From contig JAPUIC010000103.1 in NCBI GenBank assembly GCA_027297425.1, forward strand, positions 1 to 24,105: a stretch of DNA of 24,105 nt. Reading direction: 5' to 3'. The notes beneath the pieces were generated by a model that did no database searches, had not been told where the DNA came from, and saw only the letters and a list, made by a program, of their open reading frames with translations. Both the position numbers and the translations under genes were made by a program. This stretch comes from Nitrososphaerota archaeon (GTDB lineage Archaea; Thermoproteota; Nitrososphaeria; Nitrososphaerales; JAPUIC01). Each line of letters opens with the position of its first letter. Positions within the stretch are counted from its first letter, which is position 1. Shown here in pieces: positions 1 to 8,281 of the stretch.

Positions 1-2
1 TA

Positions 3-122
3 TTGCTCAAAGTGAAGCCCATGAGGGAACGCGAAGCTGTCCTAGTGCTCTCATTAATAGTCGTAGTATTCACAATCATATCCTATTTTGTGCTAACATC
101 AGTTAACTTGATAGTCTTTTAG
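3..122 (+). CDS. C-terminal part of a CDS cut by the window edge, or a small single-TM protein starting at ATG 21
   Basis: Open frame from the window edge: ..LLKVKPMREREAVLVLSLIVVVFTIISYFVLTSVNLIVF*. Hydrophobic helix. No family recognised. Confidence 0.35.
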   Translation: MLKVKPMREREAVLVLSLIVVVFTIISYFVLTSVNLIVF

Positions 123-246
123 ATTATAATCGAATTATCTCTTTCCTGTTCAGATATAGCAGTAATTAGGAGGGATACGCAATGGATAACCGATAGTTAG
201 CCGATACTAAAGTTTAAGCTGCACACCGATTTCAGATTTTTGTGGA

Positions 247-627
247 TCAGTTATACAGGTTAACTATCCAGATCCTATTAGAAAGATAGAACGATGAGCC
301 ATCGTGGACTTTGATATAGTAATATCCAGTCTCCAAGTCGGCTGGTAAGGTCACGGCCAATTCCGAGTCAAACCTAGGGTCTATCGAGAAAACCCTGCCG
401 TTCTCAAGAATAGTTGAATCTACATTATTGGCCAAACCGTTATCACTTACGAAGAGATTGATCTGGTATCCTGAAGTTGTCCCTGCACCTATCCTCACTA
501 CTACAACTTGACCAGCGTACCCGTGGTCACTCGCGGAGACTGCTCTTTGGGCCATCGCGGGACCTGAAGAGAAGACCAACATGGCGACGACCAAGAACAC
601 CCCAGCTAAGAGATGGAGAGACTTCAT
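247..627 (-). CDS. Hypothetical secreted protein with N-terminal signal peptide
   Basis: 126 aa ORF beginning MKSLHLLAGVFLVVAMLVFSSGPAMAQ, a signal-peptide-like start with an AxA cleavage site, followed by a beta-rich region. Confidence 0.7.
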   Translation of the reverse strand: MKSLHLLAGVFLVVAMLVFSSGPAMAQRAVSASDHGYAGQVVVVRIGAGTTSGYQINLFVSDNGLANNVDSTILENGRVFSIDPRFDSELAVTLPADLETGYYYIKVHDGSSFYLSNRIWIVNLYN

Positions 628-762
628 ATCCTACGACTTCTTCTCGATCGTTATATTTCAATATTCTGGGTTTATTATTATCTCGGCCCTTAAGAGAAAC
701 ATGAATTGTTATCGCACTCAAAAGATATCTATCTGTTGTACATTATCTGGACAGTAGGCTAA

Positions 763-2028
763 TTGAGTCGCTCCCAAAAGACCGGTTTTTCTAAACTACT
801 TACTATCGACGATGCAATGCGGAAATTTTTCTCTTATGGCGTTGTGCACAGGATACAAACAGTAGAAGTGCCAATAGTGTCCTCGGTAGGTAGAGTCCTT
901 GCGTCGAACTTGGTGACAAATATCGATCTTCCTCCATATGACAGGTCCGCGGTAGATGGTTTTGCGCTGAGGGCTGAGGATACCCTAAGAAGTTCAGAGA
1001 ACAATCCGATCTCATTAAAGATTGTAGATGTGGTAGAGATTGGTACTACACCCAAAGTGCCAGTAGGAAGGTTAGAGGCAGTCCGGATTTCCACAGGAGC
1101 GCCAAGGCCCGAAGGAGCAGATGCAGTGGTGATGATAGAGCATACGGCACAGAAGAAAGATCAAGTCAGAATCTTCAATCCTATCTCAGCATGGAAGAAC
1201 ATGATCAGAAAAGGCGAAGATGTCAAGGTCGGGGACCTCTTGCTTGAAGAAGGCGCTGAGATAATGCCCCAAGATGTCGGAATGCTCTCAGCTCTCTCAT
1301 TCAGCTCGATCAAAGTTATTAGAAAACCTCGAGTAGCTGTCCTGTCAGTCGGGGATGAGCTGTTAAAGGAAGGTAGCGAGCAAACTTATGGTAAGACTGT
1401 TGATATTAACAGACCCGCAATTTTGTCCTCACTTCTCCAAGATGGATGCGAACCTCTAGATTTAGGTATTGTTGGAGATGATTTTGGTATAGTAGAAGAG
1501 AAAGTGAAGGAAGCGTTGGAGAAGAACGATATGCTCTTAGTAGGAGGTGGAACCTCTGTAGGATCCAAAGATATCGTACCCGATGTATTAGATTCTCTCG
1601 GGGAACCAGGTATTGTGGCTCACGGTTTAGCAATGAGGCCTGGAAAACCTGCGGGTTTGGCTATCCTAAACAAGAAACCAGTTGTTCTACTACCAGGCTT
1701 CCCTGTAGCAGCATTAATAACGTATAGTATCATTGCAAGGCCTATCATCTTCCGATTGCTCGGGAGCGAGAATATTAGAAATACGGGCGATATCGTAAAA
1801 GCTAGACTAACTCGTAAAATAGACTCCCCTCCTGGTATTAGAGAATTTGTAAGAGTAGTTATCAGAAATAAGTCACCAGGATTCTCTGCTGAGCCTGTAA
1901 CGGCTACTGGAGCATCTATCCTATCATCAATGGTTAGGTCGAATGGCATTCTAGTCGTTCCTGAAAATATAGAATCTATTAGACAGAATGAACCAGTGGA
2001 GGTCAGATTAATCAGACCTCTTAAGTGA
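763..2028 (+). CDS. moeA: Molybdopterin molybdenumtransferase MoeA
   Basis: 421 aa ORF with MoeA hallmarks: LPPYDRSAVDGFALRAEDT, ISTGAPRPEGADAVVMIEHT, VAVLSVGDELL, GLAMRPGKPAGLAI, LLPGFPVAALI. Confidence 0.93.
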   Translation: MSRSQKTGFSKLLTIDDAMRKFFSYGVVHRIQTVEVPIVSSVGRVLASNLVTNIDLPPYDRSAVDGFALRAEDTLRSSENNPISLKIVDVVEIGTTPKVPVGRLEAVRISTGAPRPEGADAVVMIEHTAQKKDQVRIFNPISAWKNMIRKGEDVKVGDLLLEEGAEIMPQDVGMLSALSFSSIKVIRKPRVAVLSVGDELLKEGSEQTYGKTVDINRPAILSSLLQDGCEPLDLGIVGDDFGIVEEKVKEALEKNDMLLVGGGTSVGSKDIVPDVLDSLGEPGIVAHGLAMRPGKPAGLAILNKKPVVLLPGFPVAALITYSIIARPIIFRLLGSENIRNTGDIVKARLTRKIDSPPGIREFVRVVIRNKSPGFSAEPVTATGASILSSMVRSNGILVVPENIESIRQNEPVEVRLIRPLK

Positions 2029-2145
2029 ACAATGAATCTAGTTGATATATCATGCCATCAGTCTATGTCTCGGATGCTGGCACCTGAACATACCAAATCC
2101 TCATTATCCCAACCATTTTCTTGAAAGATTTTAATTTTACAAAAC

Positions 2146-2541
2146 TTGTGGATATTCATAATGACACTAAGGGACTTTGCAGAACGCTACTATGATGCAA
2201 TAAGTCGGAGAGATATTGAATACATATTCAGCTTGTTCGGGGATAACGCAACACTATATTTTCCTAGCCAGCATGAGTATAAGGGTAAGGATGCGATAAT
2301 GACATTCTTTAGAGACGTATTCTTTCAGCAATTTGTAAGAATTGAATATCGTGACCTAACAATCGTTCAATCTTCGGAGAATATTGCCATAAAGGCCTAT
2401 GTAACAGGTAATGTTTCCAATACAAAGAGTTTCGAGCAGATAAGATACTTTGAGTTCTTGGAACTCAGAGATGGTCATATATCAAGGTCCGAAATCTGTA
2501 TCGACATGCCGGCTCTAAGAGCTCAAGTGGGAAAATGGTGA
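2146..2541 (+). CDS. SnoaL/NTF2-like family protein (start may be ATG 2161)
   Basis: 131 aa ORF, FAERYYDAISRRDIEYIFSLFGDNATLYFPSQHEYKGKDAIMTFFRDVF, typical of the NTF2-like fold. Confidence 0.65.
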   Translation: MWIFIMTLRDFAERYYDAISRRDIEYIFSLFGDNATLYFPSQHEYKGKDAIMTFFRDVFFQQFVRIEYRDLTIVQSSENIAIKAYVTGNVSNTKSFEQIRYFEFLELRDGHISRSEICIDMPALRAQVGKW

Positions 2542-2613
2542 CGTTAAGCATAAATCACTAAAAATTCACTATTAATATATCTAAGTAAATTCGAATTATA
2601 GGTAGAGCTGAAA

Positions 2614-3630
2614 ATGGATAAGGCCTCGCAAAGAGTGGAAAATCTTCATGACTCGTATGGCAGGCTTGCCTCGAAGCTCAGGATATCAATAACGGATAGG
2701 TGCAACTTCAGATGTAATTTTTGCATGCCTAGTCAACCAGTCTGGCTTCCTCATGACGAGATTTTGACTTTCGAGGAGATTGTGAGAACGGCTAGAGTTC
2801 TTAGCCAGATGGGTATCGATCGAATAAGACTTAGCGGAGGGGAGCCTCTAGTGAGGAAAGATGTAGAAGGTCTGGTATCAATGCTGAGCAGAATCGATGG
2901 GATAAAGAGCATTGGAATGACTACGAACGGTTCACTTCTAGCAGCCAAGGCCTCTGCGTTGAAGCGGGCAGGATTAAGTAGTGTCACAATTAGTCTACAT
3001 AGCCTTAAACCCGAGCGCTTTGACAAGATCACTGGAACAAATGGAATCTTCGATAAGATAACTGAAGGAATCGAGGCCGCTAGGTCGTTGGATTTCAAGC
3101 CCTTGAAGATAAATTGTGTAATTACACGGGGTGAAAATGATGATGAGATAATCGATTTTGCAAGGTTCGCGCATGAGACTGGAGTAACTGTTCGCTTCAT
3201 AGAATACATGCCCTTCGATGGAACGAAACTTTGGGACGCCCATAGGGTCATAACTGGCGAGGAGATCGTGGATAAGATCAATAAGATTTACCCGGTAGCG
3301 AAGATCGAGCGAGAAACAGGGAGCACAGCTATCGAATATAACTTCGAGGACGGATCCGAAGGTGGGATAGCAACTATAACCTCTATGTCAGCCCCATTCT
3401 GTGGTGATTGTGATAGGATTAGGATTACTGCCGATGGAAAGGTTGTTCCGTGCCTTTTCTCTAGAGACGAGTATGATATTAAGTCAAAACTACGTGCTGG
3501 AGCTTCTGATGAAGAGCTGTCCGCGTATATCAGGAGTGTTTACTTTAGAAAGTCGCCCGGTGTAGAGACAATGATAAAGAATAAAGCTAACCTAGAGCAT
3601 GTTAGGCCGATGCACACCATCGGAGGCTAG
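2614..3630 (+). CDS. moaA: GTP 3',8-cyclase MoaA (radical SAM)
   Basis: 338 aa ORF with radical SAM motif CNFRCNFCMP and C-terminal Fe-S cysteines FCGDCDRIRITADGKVVPCLF. 'IRLSGGEPLVRKD' is present. Confidence 0.95.
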   Translation: MDKASQRVENLHDSYGRLASKLRISITDRCNFRCNFCMPSQPVWLPHDEILTFEEIVRTARVLSQMGIDRIRLSGGEPLVRKDVEGLVSMLSRIDGIKSIGMTTNGSLLAAKASALKRAGLSSVTISLHSLKPERFDKITGTNGIFDKITEGIEAARSLDFKPLKINCVITRGENDDEIIDFARFAHETGVTVRFIEYMPFDGTKLWDAHRVITGEEIVDKINKIYPVAKIERETGSTAIEYNFEDGSEGGIATITSMSAPFCGDCDRIRITADGKVVPCLFSRDEYDIKSKLRAGASDEELSAYIRSVYFRKSPGVETMIKNKANLEHVRPMHTIGG

Positions 3631-3670
3631 ACAACACTAATCCTAGTATTAATCATACAGTAGAGTAGAG

Positions 3671-4300
3671 ATGGATAAGAAGGATCAGGCGGCAGTTGTA
3701 CTTGCTGGCGGTTCTAGTCGAAGAATGGGGTATGATAAGGCATTCATAAAGCTCGAGGGTGTAGAGATGCTTAAACGGATTGTTGATCTGGTATATAGTA
3801 TAACATCAGAGGTAATTGTCGTTATAGATAAGGAAGCAAATCCTGATAGATACCGTGGTTTGGTCCCCGGGGATGTTAAGATCATAAATGATCTCAAGAC
3901 TGGCCAAAATCCACTCATTGGGGTCTATAGTGGCTTATCAATAGTGTCTAACAAATATGCACTATTGATCCCTTGCGACGTCCCTTTCCTAAACCGAGGA
4001 ATCATTCAGTTAATCTTTGAGAGATCAGACGGGCATCAAGCGGCGGTTCCCCGGTGGCCCGATGGCAGAATCGAGCCATTAATGTCGGTTTATAGAGCTC
4101 ATGAAGGGTTTAATCTAGTGCAAAAATTAGTAGGTAACCGCTCTAGCTCCATGAATGATTTTGTTGATTCGTTTGCAGACATTGCATTCGTTGAAATTGA
4201 AAGCCTGCGCCATCTTGACAACGGTTTACTGACGTTTTCAAACATTAATACTCCCGAAGACTTGAAGAAGATGGAGTTGGTTGCGGGAGAATCGCTCTAA
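3671..4300 (+). CDS. mobA: Molybdenum cofactor guanylyltransferase MobA-like
   Basis: 209 aa ORF, VVLAGGSSRRMGYDKAFIKLEG nucleotide-binding motif, NPLIGVYSGL, LIPCDVPFL. Confidence 0.85.
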   Translation: MDKKDQAAVVLAGGSSRRMGYDKAFIKLEGVEMLKRIVDLVYSITSEVIVVIDKEANPDRYRGLVPGDVKIINDLKTGQNPLIGVYSGLSIVSNKYALLIPCDVPFLNRGIIQLIFERSDGHQAAVPRWPDGRIEPLMSVYRAHEGFNLVQKLVGNRSSSMNDFVDSFADIAFVEIESLRHLDNGLLTFSNINTPEDLKKMELVAGESL

Positions 4301-4438
4301 CTGTCTCGAGTTATTCTCTTGAATGTGCTTAGATGCTGCTGCACCAAATCAAGAATAGTTCCTATAGTATGACCTTTGAGATCGTGATGGCCAGTCCGTA
4401 AGATAATATCGAAAATTTCTGATTGTCAGTAAAACATC

Positions 4439-5140
4439 CTAGACGGATTCTTTGATAACTTCCGCCGTTACGTGTCTAAGATTCTGTAGAACTTCTGATA
4501 ATGGTGAAACGTGAGCATATTTCATGCTAAGATCAAATAGAGATACTTTATGCGAAATCTGGGATCTGTCCGCAGCACATTCAATCGGTAGAAAAGTCTT
4601 GTATTTGTAGGCAAATGCATCCACCGCAGTTGCCCTTACGCATCCTGATGTTACCATGCCTGTAACTATCAAGGTGTCCACACGTATCCGGTTCAAGAGT
4701 GCCATTAGAGATGTTCCACAAAACGCACTGGGTGCGGCCTTCTCAATTAGGATTTCATTTTCCCCGGGAGCTATGTCATCTATGATCTCATTAGAGCGTG
4801 GATCTAATTTGCTAAAAGCTTGAGCCCTAGATGAGGTCGGTGCAGCGATCTTCTCTATGGCCCAGCTTCGTCTATCATTTCTAGTGTAAAAGATAGGAAT
4901 CTTTAGAGGTCTGGCCACGTCTAGAAGATCCTTTATCGCTTTCACACATGGTAATCCGGTCTTGCTGAATCCCATCGGATACTTGTCGTCAACAAAGCCA
5001 TGGGTCATGTCAACCACTACCACTGCAGGGTTTTCGCCAAATTCTCGCTGTGGCTTAGGGTATCTGCTAAATGAATTAACATCTTCCTCAGGGATAATGT
5101 CAGGAATGTAGGATCCGTTCGAATAAAATCTGCTCTCCAA
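4439..5140 (-). CDS. Isochorismatase-family (cysteine) hydrolase
   Basis: 233 aa ORF with VVVDMTHGFVD, IPIFYTRND and nucleophile region LIVTGMVTSGCVRATAVDAFAYKY. Confidence 0.85.
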   Translation of the reverse strand: MESRFYSNGSYIPDIIPEEDVNSFSRYPKPQREFGENPAVVVVDMTHGFVDDKYPMGFSKTGLPCVKAIKDLLDVARPLKIPIFYTRNDRRSWAIEKIAAPTSSRAQAFSKLDPRSNEIIDDIAPGENEILIEKAAPSAFCGTSLMALLNRIRVDTLIVTGMVTSGCVRATAVDAFAYKYKTFLPIECAADRSQISHKVSLFDLSMKYAHVSPLSEVLQNLRHVTAEVIKESV

Positions 5141-5310
5141 TATGATAAAGCCTATAGGCGGTTCAAGTATTTAATCTCTGCCGGCAATCATATTCTATCA
5201 GAGTGACTCGAATATGGCTAGATAATAGCCATGAAAAATTTTTCCGTAGACTCTTCTAGAAATATCATTTATATCCCAATCCCCCTAAATTTATTATGAG
5301 GAAATAGAAG

Positions 5311-5640
5311 ATGGATAAGATCGAGTTCACTCGTGATTGGTCTAAAGTGGTAACAGACCAACAGACCCAAACTACTCGGCCTCTTCATTGGTATCCACGG
5401 TATCAAGAGAAGATTGGTGTTAAGATTCGAGTGGTTCCTCCTAATCCTAGCCTCCCCGTCCATTATATTATGCTCACAGGTGTAATCAAGACTACTCTAC
5501 AAGAAGTGACCTCAAATGATGAGTATTATGTCAGGGAGGGTTGTTCATCGGGGGAACAGTTTGAGAAGTCCTGGTCATCCGACCACGGAAGTTTTGATCC
5601 AACCCAGGAAGTCTGTGTATTGAGGTTCGTCAGGGTTTAG
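5311..5640 (+). CDS. Conserved-looking hypothetical protein
   Basis: 109 aa ORF with ATG start, intergenic on both sides. No family recognised by eye. Confidence 0.5.
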   Translation: MDKIEFTRDWSKVVTDQQTQTTRPLHWYPRYQEKIGVKIRVVPPNPSLPVHYIMLTGVIKTTLQEVTSNDEYYVREGCSSGEQFEKSWSSDHGSFDPTQEVCVLRFVRV

Positions 5641-5720
5641 CTCTGGCCACATTCTCTCAATTATTTTTCCATGGTGAAAGATGGATAGCCCGGGCCAGAC
5701 TCGAACTGGCGTCACCGGCT

Positions 5721-5732
5721 CTCTTCCAATGA
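5721..5732 (-). other. Predicted canonical 12-nt tRNA intron (position 37/38), BHB type
   Basis: RNA sense UCAUUGGAAGAG. Central helix CUUU(32-35):GAAG, bulges GG^U and AG^A, outer helix is the anticodon stem UCGGC:GCCGG. Confidence 0.85.
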
Positions 5733-5745
5733 CCAAAGGCCGATA

Positions 5746-5763
5746 ATCAAGAACGATTAGTTT
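5746..5763 (-). other. Predicted non-canonical 18-nt tRNA intron (position 24/25), BHB type
   Basis: RNA sense AAACUAAUCGUUCUUGAU. Outer helix CGGU:AUCG, central helix CAAG:CUUG, bulges CA^A and AU^U, intron helix AAC:GUU with loop UAAUC. Removal restores D-arm pairing G10-U25, U11-A24, G12-C23, U13-G22. Confidence 0.85.
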
Positions 5764-5886
5764 TGCTTGACCGCTACACCACCGGGCTACCAAATCATCG
5801 GCTGGCTGCAACTATTAATTCTTTGACGGAACGAGCGATCTTTTTCAGCATCACTCACCCAAACTGAGATATTGTGGAACCTTAAA

Positions 5887-5896
5887 CTTATTTATG
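5887..5896 (+). promoter_or_regulatory. Putative archaeal TATA box
   Basis: AT-rich cttatttatg located about 23 bp upstream of ATG 5919 in an otherwise mixed-composition intergenic region. Confidence 0.4.
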
Positions 5897-5918
5897 CGTC
5901 TTTATTTTATTCAGACAG

Positions 5919-6002
5919 ATGCAACGCGGGTGGTTTGCTCCCTCCGGTCCGCTTAACAAGCCCCAAAAGGGAGGAGAATTGTACTGGAAGCTCGAGCCCT
6001 GA
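5919..6002 (+). CDS. Putative 27-aa small ORF upstream of queE
   Basis: ATG 5919: MQRGWFAPSGPLNKPQKGGELYWKLEP*. Well placed for a leaderless start behind the TATA-like element, but short. Confidence 0.3.
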   Translation: MQRGWFAPSGPLNKPQKGGELYWKLEP

Positions 6003-6052
6003 CTGATAAGGTCGAAGTAGACCGTAGAGCTGGTAACCCTGTACACAGAGGC

Positions 6053-6739
6053 ATGCAGAGGTTTAAGGTCAGCGAGGTCTTTAGGAGTATTCAAGGGGAA
6101 GGAGAAGCCGTTGGTCTACCTTCTGATTTCATTAGGTTGTATACCTGCAATCTTACATGTAGCTGGTGTGACACTAAATATACCTGGGTAGGGCAAGACA
6201 GAGCTATCGAGGGTAAAGACTTCATCTACCTAACCTCGAGAGAGATTATCGATAGACTCACTAAGATAGGTAATACAAAGCACGTTACGATAACAGGAGG
6301 GGAGCCTCTGCTACAACCGATCGAAGAGTTAGTCATGGAACTAAAGGGAAAGGGAAGGAGTGTCATTATCGAAACAAATGGAACCATCGAGCCTTCAGAA
6401 ACTCTCCTGAATTTAGTAGATATCTGGTCTATATCGCCTAAAACAAGCAACTCCGGGACAAAGTATGATTATGGAAAGATGCAATGGATTAACCGTACGA
6501 AGGGGTATTACCTGAAATTTGTGGTGGTTAATCCCTCTGAGGATATTAGGGAGATCTCCCAGTTCGTAGATTCGAGAGGGATAAAAGACAATAAAGTCAT
6601 CTTGCAACCAAACGGTGTAAGCAGAAACTATGAGAAATGTGTGACGGAGTTGATGGACTATGCTGTGTCCGCTGCTTTACCGTATAGAGTAGTGCCCCAG
6701 ATACACAGGTTGGCATGGGGATTGACCAGAGGTAAGTAG
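6053..6739 (+). CDS. queE: 7-carboxy-7-deazaguanine synthase QueE (radical SAM)
   Basis: 228 aa ORF: VFRSIQGEGEAVGLPSDFIRLYTCNLTCSWCDTKYTW and VTITGGEPLLQP. Confidence 0.93.
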   Translation: MQRFKVSEVFRSIQGEGEAVGLPSDFIRLYTCNLTCSWCDTKYTWVGQDRAIEGKDFIYLTSREIIDRLTKIGNTKHVTITGGEPLLQPIEELVMELKGKGRSVIIETNGTIEPSETLLNLVDIWSISPKTSNSGTKYDYGKMQWINRTKGYYLKFVVVNPSEDIREISQFVDSRGIKDNKVILQPNGVSRNYEKCVTELMDYAVSAALPYRVVPQIHRLAWGLTRGK

Positions 6740-6743
6740 ACTG

Positions 6744-8228
6744 TTGTGTAGCATTAACGGCTTGATCCTTTTCGAAAAAGAGAGGGATAACACGGAACTT
6801 CACGGGATAGAAGAAAGGCTTAGGGCGCTTATCGTTCGGGCCGAGGACCGGGGGAGAGATAGTTATGGGATTGTTTCATTTGAAAATGATAATTCTGTAA
6901 GGATTGTGAAAGAGACTGGATCGCCGTCGAAAAGTTTGAATGAGAAATCACGGTTAATTACGGCAAACACGAAAGTGGTTATCAGCAACAATAGAGCAGA
7001 ACCAACTACGGAGTTTGTCTATGAAAAGTTGGATACGGATATCCAGCCCTTAGGCAGTGAGATATTCGTCTCACACAACGGAACTATTGCTAACGATAAT
7101 GAACTGCAGAAGCGGTATAATCTCACTCGCCATAGTAAAATAGATACGAGTATCTTACCTCCTCTTTTAGATCACTTATGGAGTTCCGATCGACGTATTG
7201 AGGTACTCGTGGAAGTTCTTAGGGAAGTAGTAGGGAGCTTCGCTTTAGCGATAGTAGATAGATGGAAGCCGGACCATCTCTATCTAGCCTGTAATTATAA
7301 GCCGATTTACATGGAATATGACTATAACCACGAAGTGATGTTCTTCACTTCTCTAGAAGATTATTTTGGGAATAAATCCCTTTTTGATAGCAATCCAACC
7401 AAACAGCTCAAACCGTACAGTGTCTTATCCATCAATACTTCCCGAGAACAAAGAGAGTGCGAATTGCTTCCAGAACATACGAAGAACAAACGGAAAGCCC
7501 TAGCCGTTTGCAGTGGTGGCTTGGATAGCACTATTGCAGCAAAAGTTGCAGATAAAGAGGGATATGATATAACACTCTTGCACTTCAAGTATCGGCATAG
7601 AGCAGAGTCCAAAGAGGAACAGGCGGTTCAACGGGTATCAAAGGCATTGGCTTGCGAGCTTATTGTGGTAGATACAGATCTCTTCAGAGATGCCATCGGG
7701 TCCTCTAACTTGGTTTCCAAGACATTAGAAGTTAACAGACAGAACGAGGGCAAGTCAGGGGCCGAGTTTGCTTCTGAGTGGGTGCCAGCTAGAAACCTTA
7801 TCTTTCTATCAATAGCAGTAGGAATCGCAGAGTCCAAGGGTTACGATTTCATTATTCTTGGGAATAATCTTGAGGAATCCGGATCATATCCAGATAATGA
7901 GATGATCTTCATCAATAAGCTAAACGAAGTCTTACCCTATGCGACCAATTTGGGGAAGAAAGTTAGCATTCTGATGCCCTTAGGTAATCTGGTAAAACAC
8001 GAAATAGTAAAGACGGGTTTGGAGGTGGGAGCACCCATACACCTTACATGGTCCTGTTATGAAGGAGGCGATAATCCTTGCAATAGTTGTGGTCCGGACT
8101 TCATGAGGCGACATGCTTTTAGAATCAACAAGGTTATTGACCCGATAGCCGACGATCTCAATAATACATTCTGGGAAGGTTGTGAGAAATTCCCTCAACC
8201 GATTCCCTTGTCTCAGGATTCAAGATAA
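6744..8228 (+). CDS. Class II glutamine amidotransferase - QueC fusion (Gat-QueC), archaeosine/7-deazaguanine pathway
   Basis: 494 aa ORF with N-terminal Cys2 (MCSINGLILF), DRGRDSYGIVSF and SHNGTIANDNEL of class II GATase. The C-terminal half has CSGGLDSTIAAKVA, VPARNLIFLSIAVGIAE and CYEGGDNPCNSCGPDFMRRHAF of QueC. Confidence 0.88.
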   Translation: MCSINGLILFEKERDNTELHGIEERLRALIVRAEDRGRDSYGIVSFENDNSVRIVKETGSPSKSLNEKSRLITANTKVVISNNRAEPTTEFVYEKLDTDIQPLGSEIFVSHNGTIANDNELQKRYNLTRHSKIDTSILPPLLDHLWSSDRRIEVLVEVLREVVGSFALAIVDRWKPDHLYLACNYKPIYMEYDYNHEVMFFTSLEDYFGNKSLFDSNPTKQLKPYSVLSINTSREQRECELLPEHTKNKRKALAVCSGGLDSTIAAKVADKEGYDITLLHFKYRHRAESKEEQAVQRVSKALACELIVVDTDLFRDAIGSSNLVSKTLEVNRQNEGKSGAEFASEWVPARNLIFLSIAVGIAESKGYDFIILGNNLEESGSYPDNEMIFINKLNEVLPYATNLGKKVSILMPLGNLVKHEIVKTGLEVGAPIHLTWSCYEGGDNPCNSCGPDFMRRHAFRINKVIDPIADDLNNTFWEGCEKFPQPIPLSQDSR

Positions 8229-8281
8229 TCATCTGGCAAAACTTACTTAAACCTAGGCTTCAGCCCTCGGCATAGAGAAAT

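Larger units (their letters stand above)
5686..5788 (-). tRNA. tRNA-Gln(TTG), interrupted by two predicted introns
   Basis: Acceptor AGCCCGG / CCGGGCT + A73. T arm GCCAG-TTCGAGT-CTGGC. D arm GTGT AGCGGTCAA GCAT once the first insert is removed. Anticodon arm TCGGC-CTTTGGA-GCCGG (anticodon TTG at 5736..5734) once the second insert is removed. The mature molecule is 73 nt without CCA. Confidence 0.92.

Noticed and set aside
4297-4425. Short minus-strand open stretch ...EIFDIILRTGHHDLKGHTIGTILDLVQQHLSTFKRITRDS* between mobA and the isochorismatase gene
   Set aside because: No start codon in frame after an upstream TGA. It could be a gene remnant, but the evidence is too thin.
5957-6052. A second mRNA intron joining the 27-aa ORF to the queE frame
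   Set aside because: I looked for a bulge-helix-bulge arrangement around GGTC-GAAGTA-GACC and AGCTC:GAGCT but the bulge spacing does not fit (16 nt on one side), and QueE already has a proper N-terminus at 6053.
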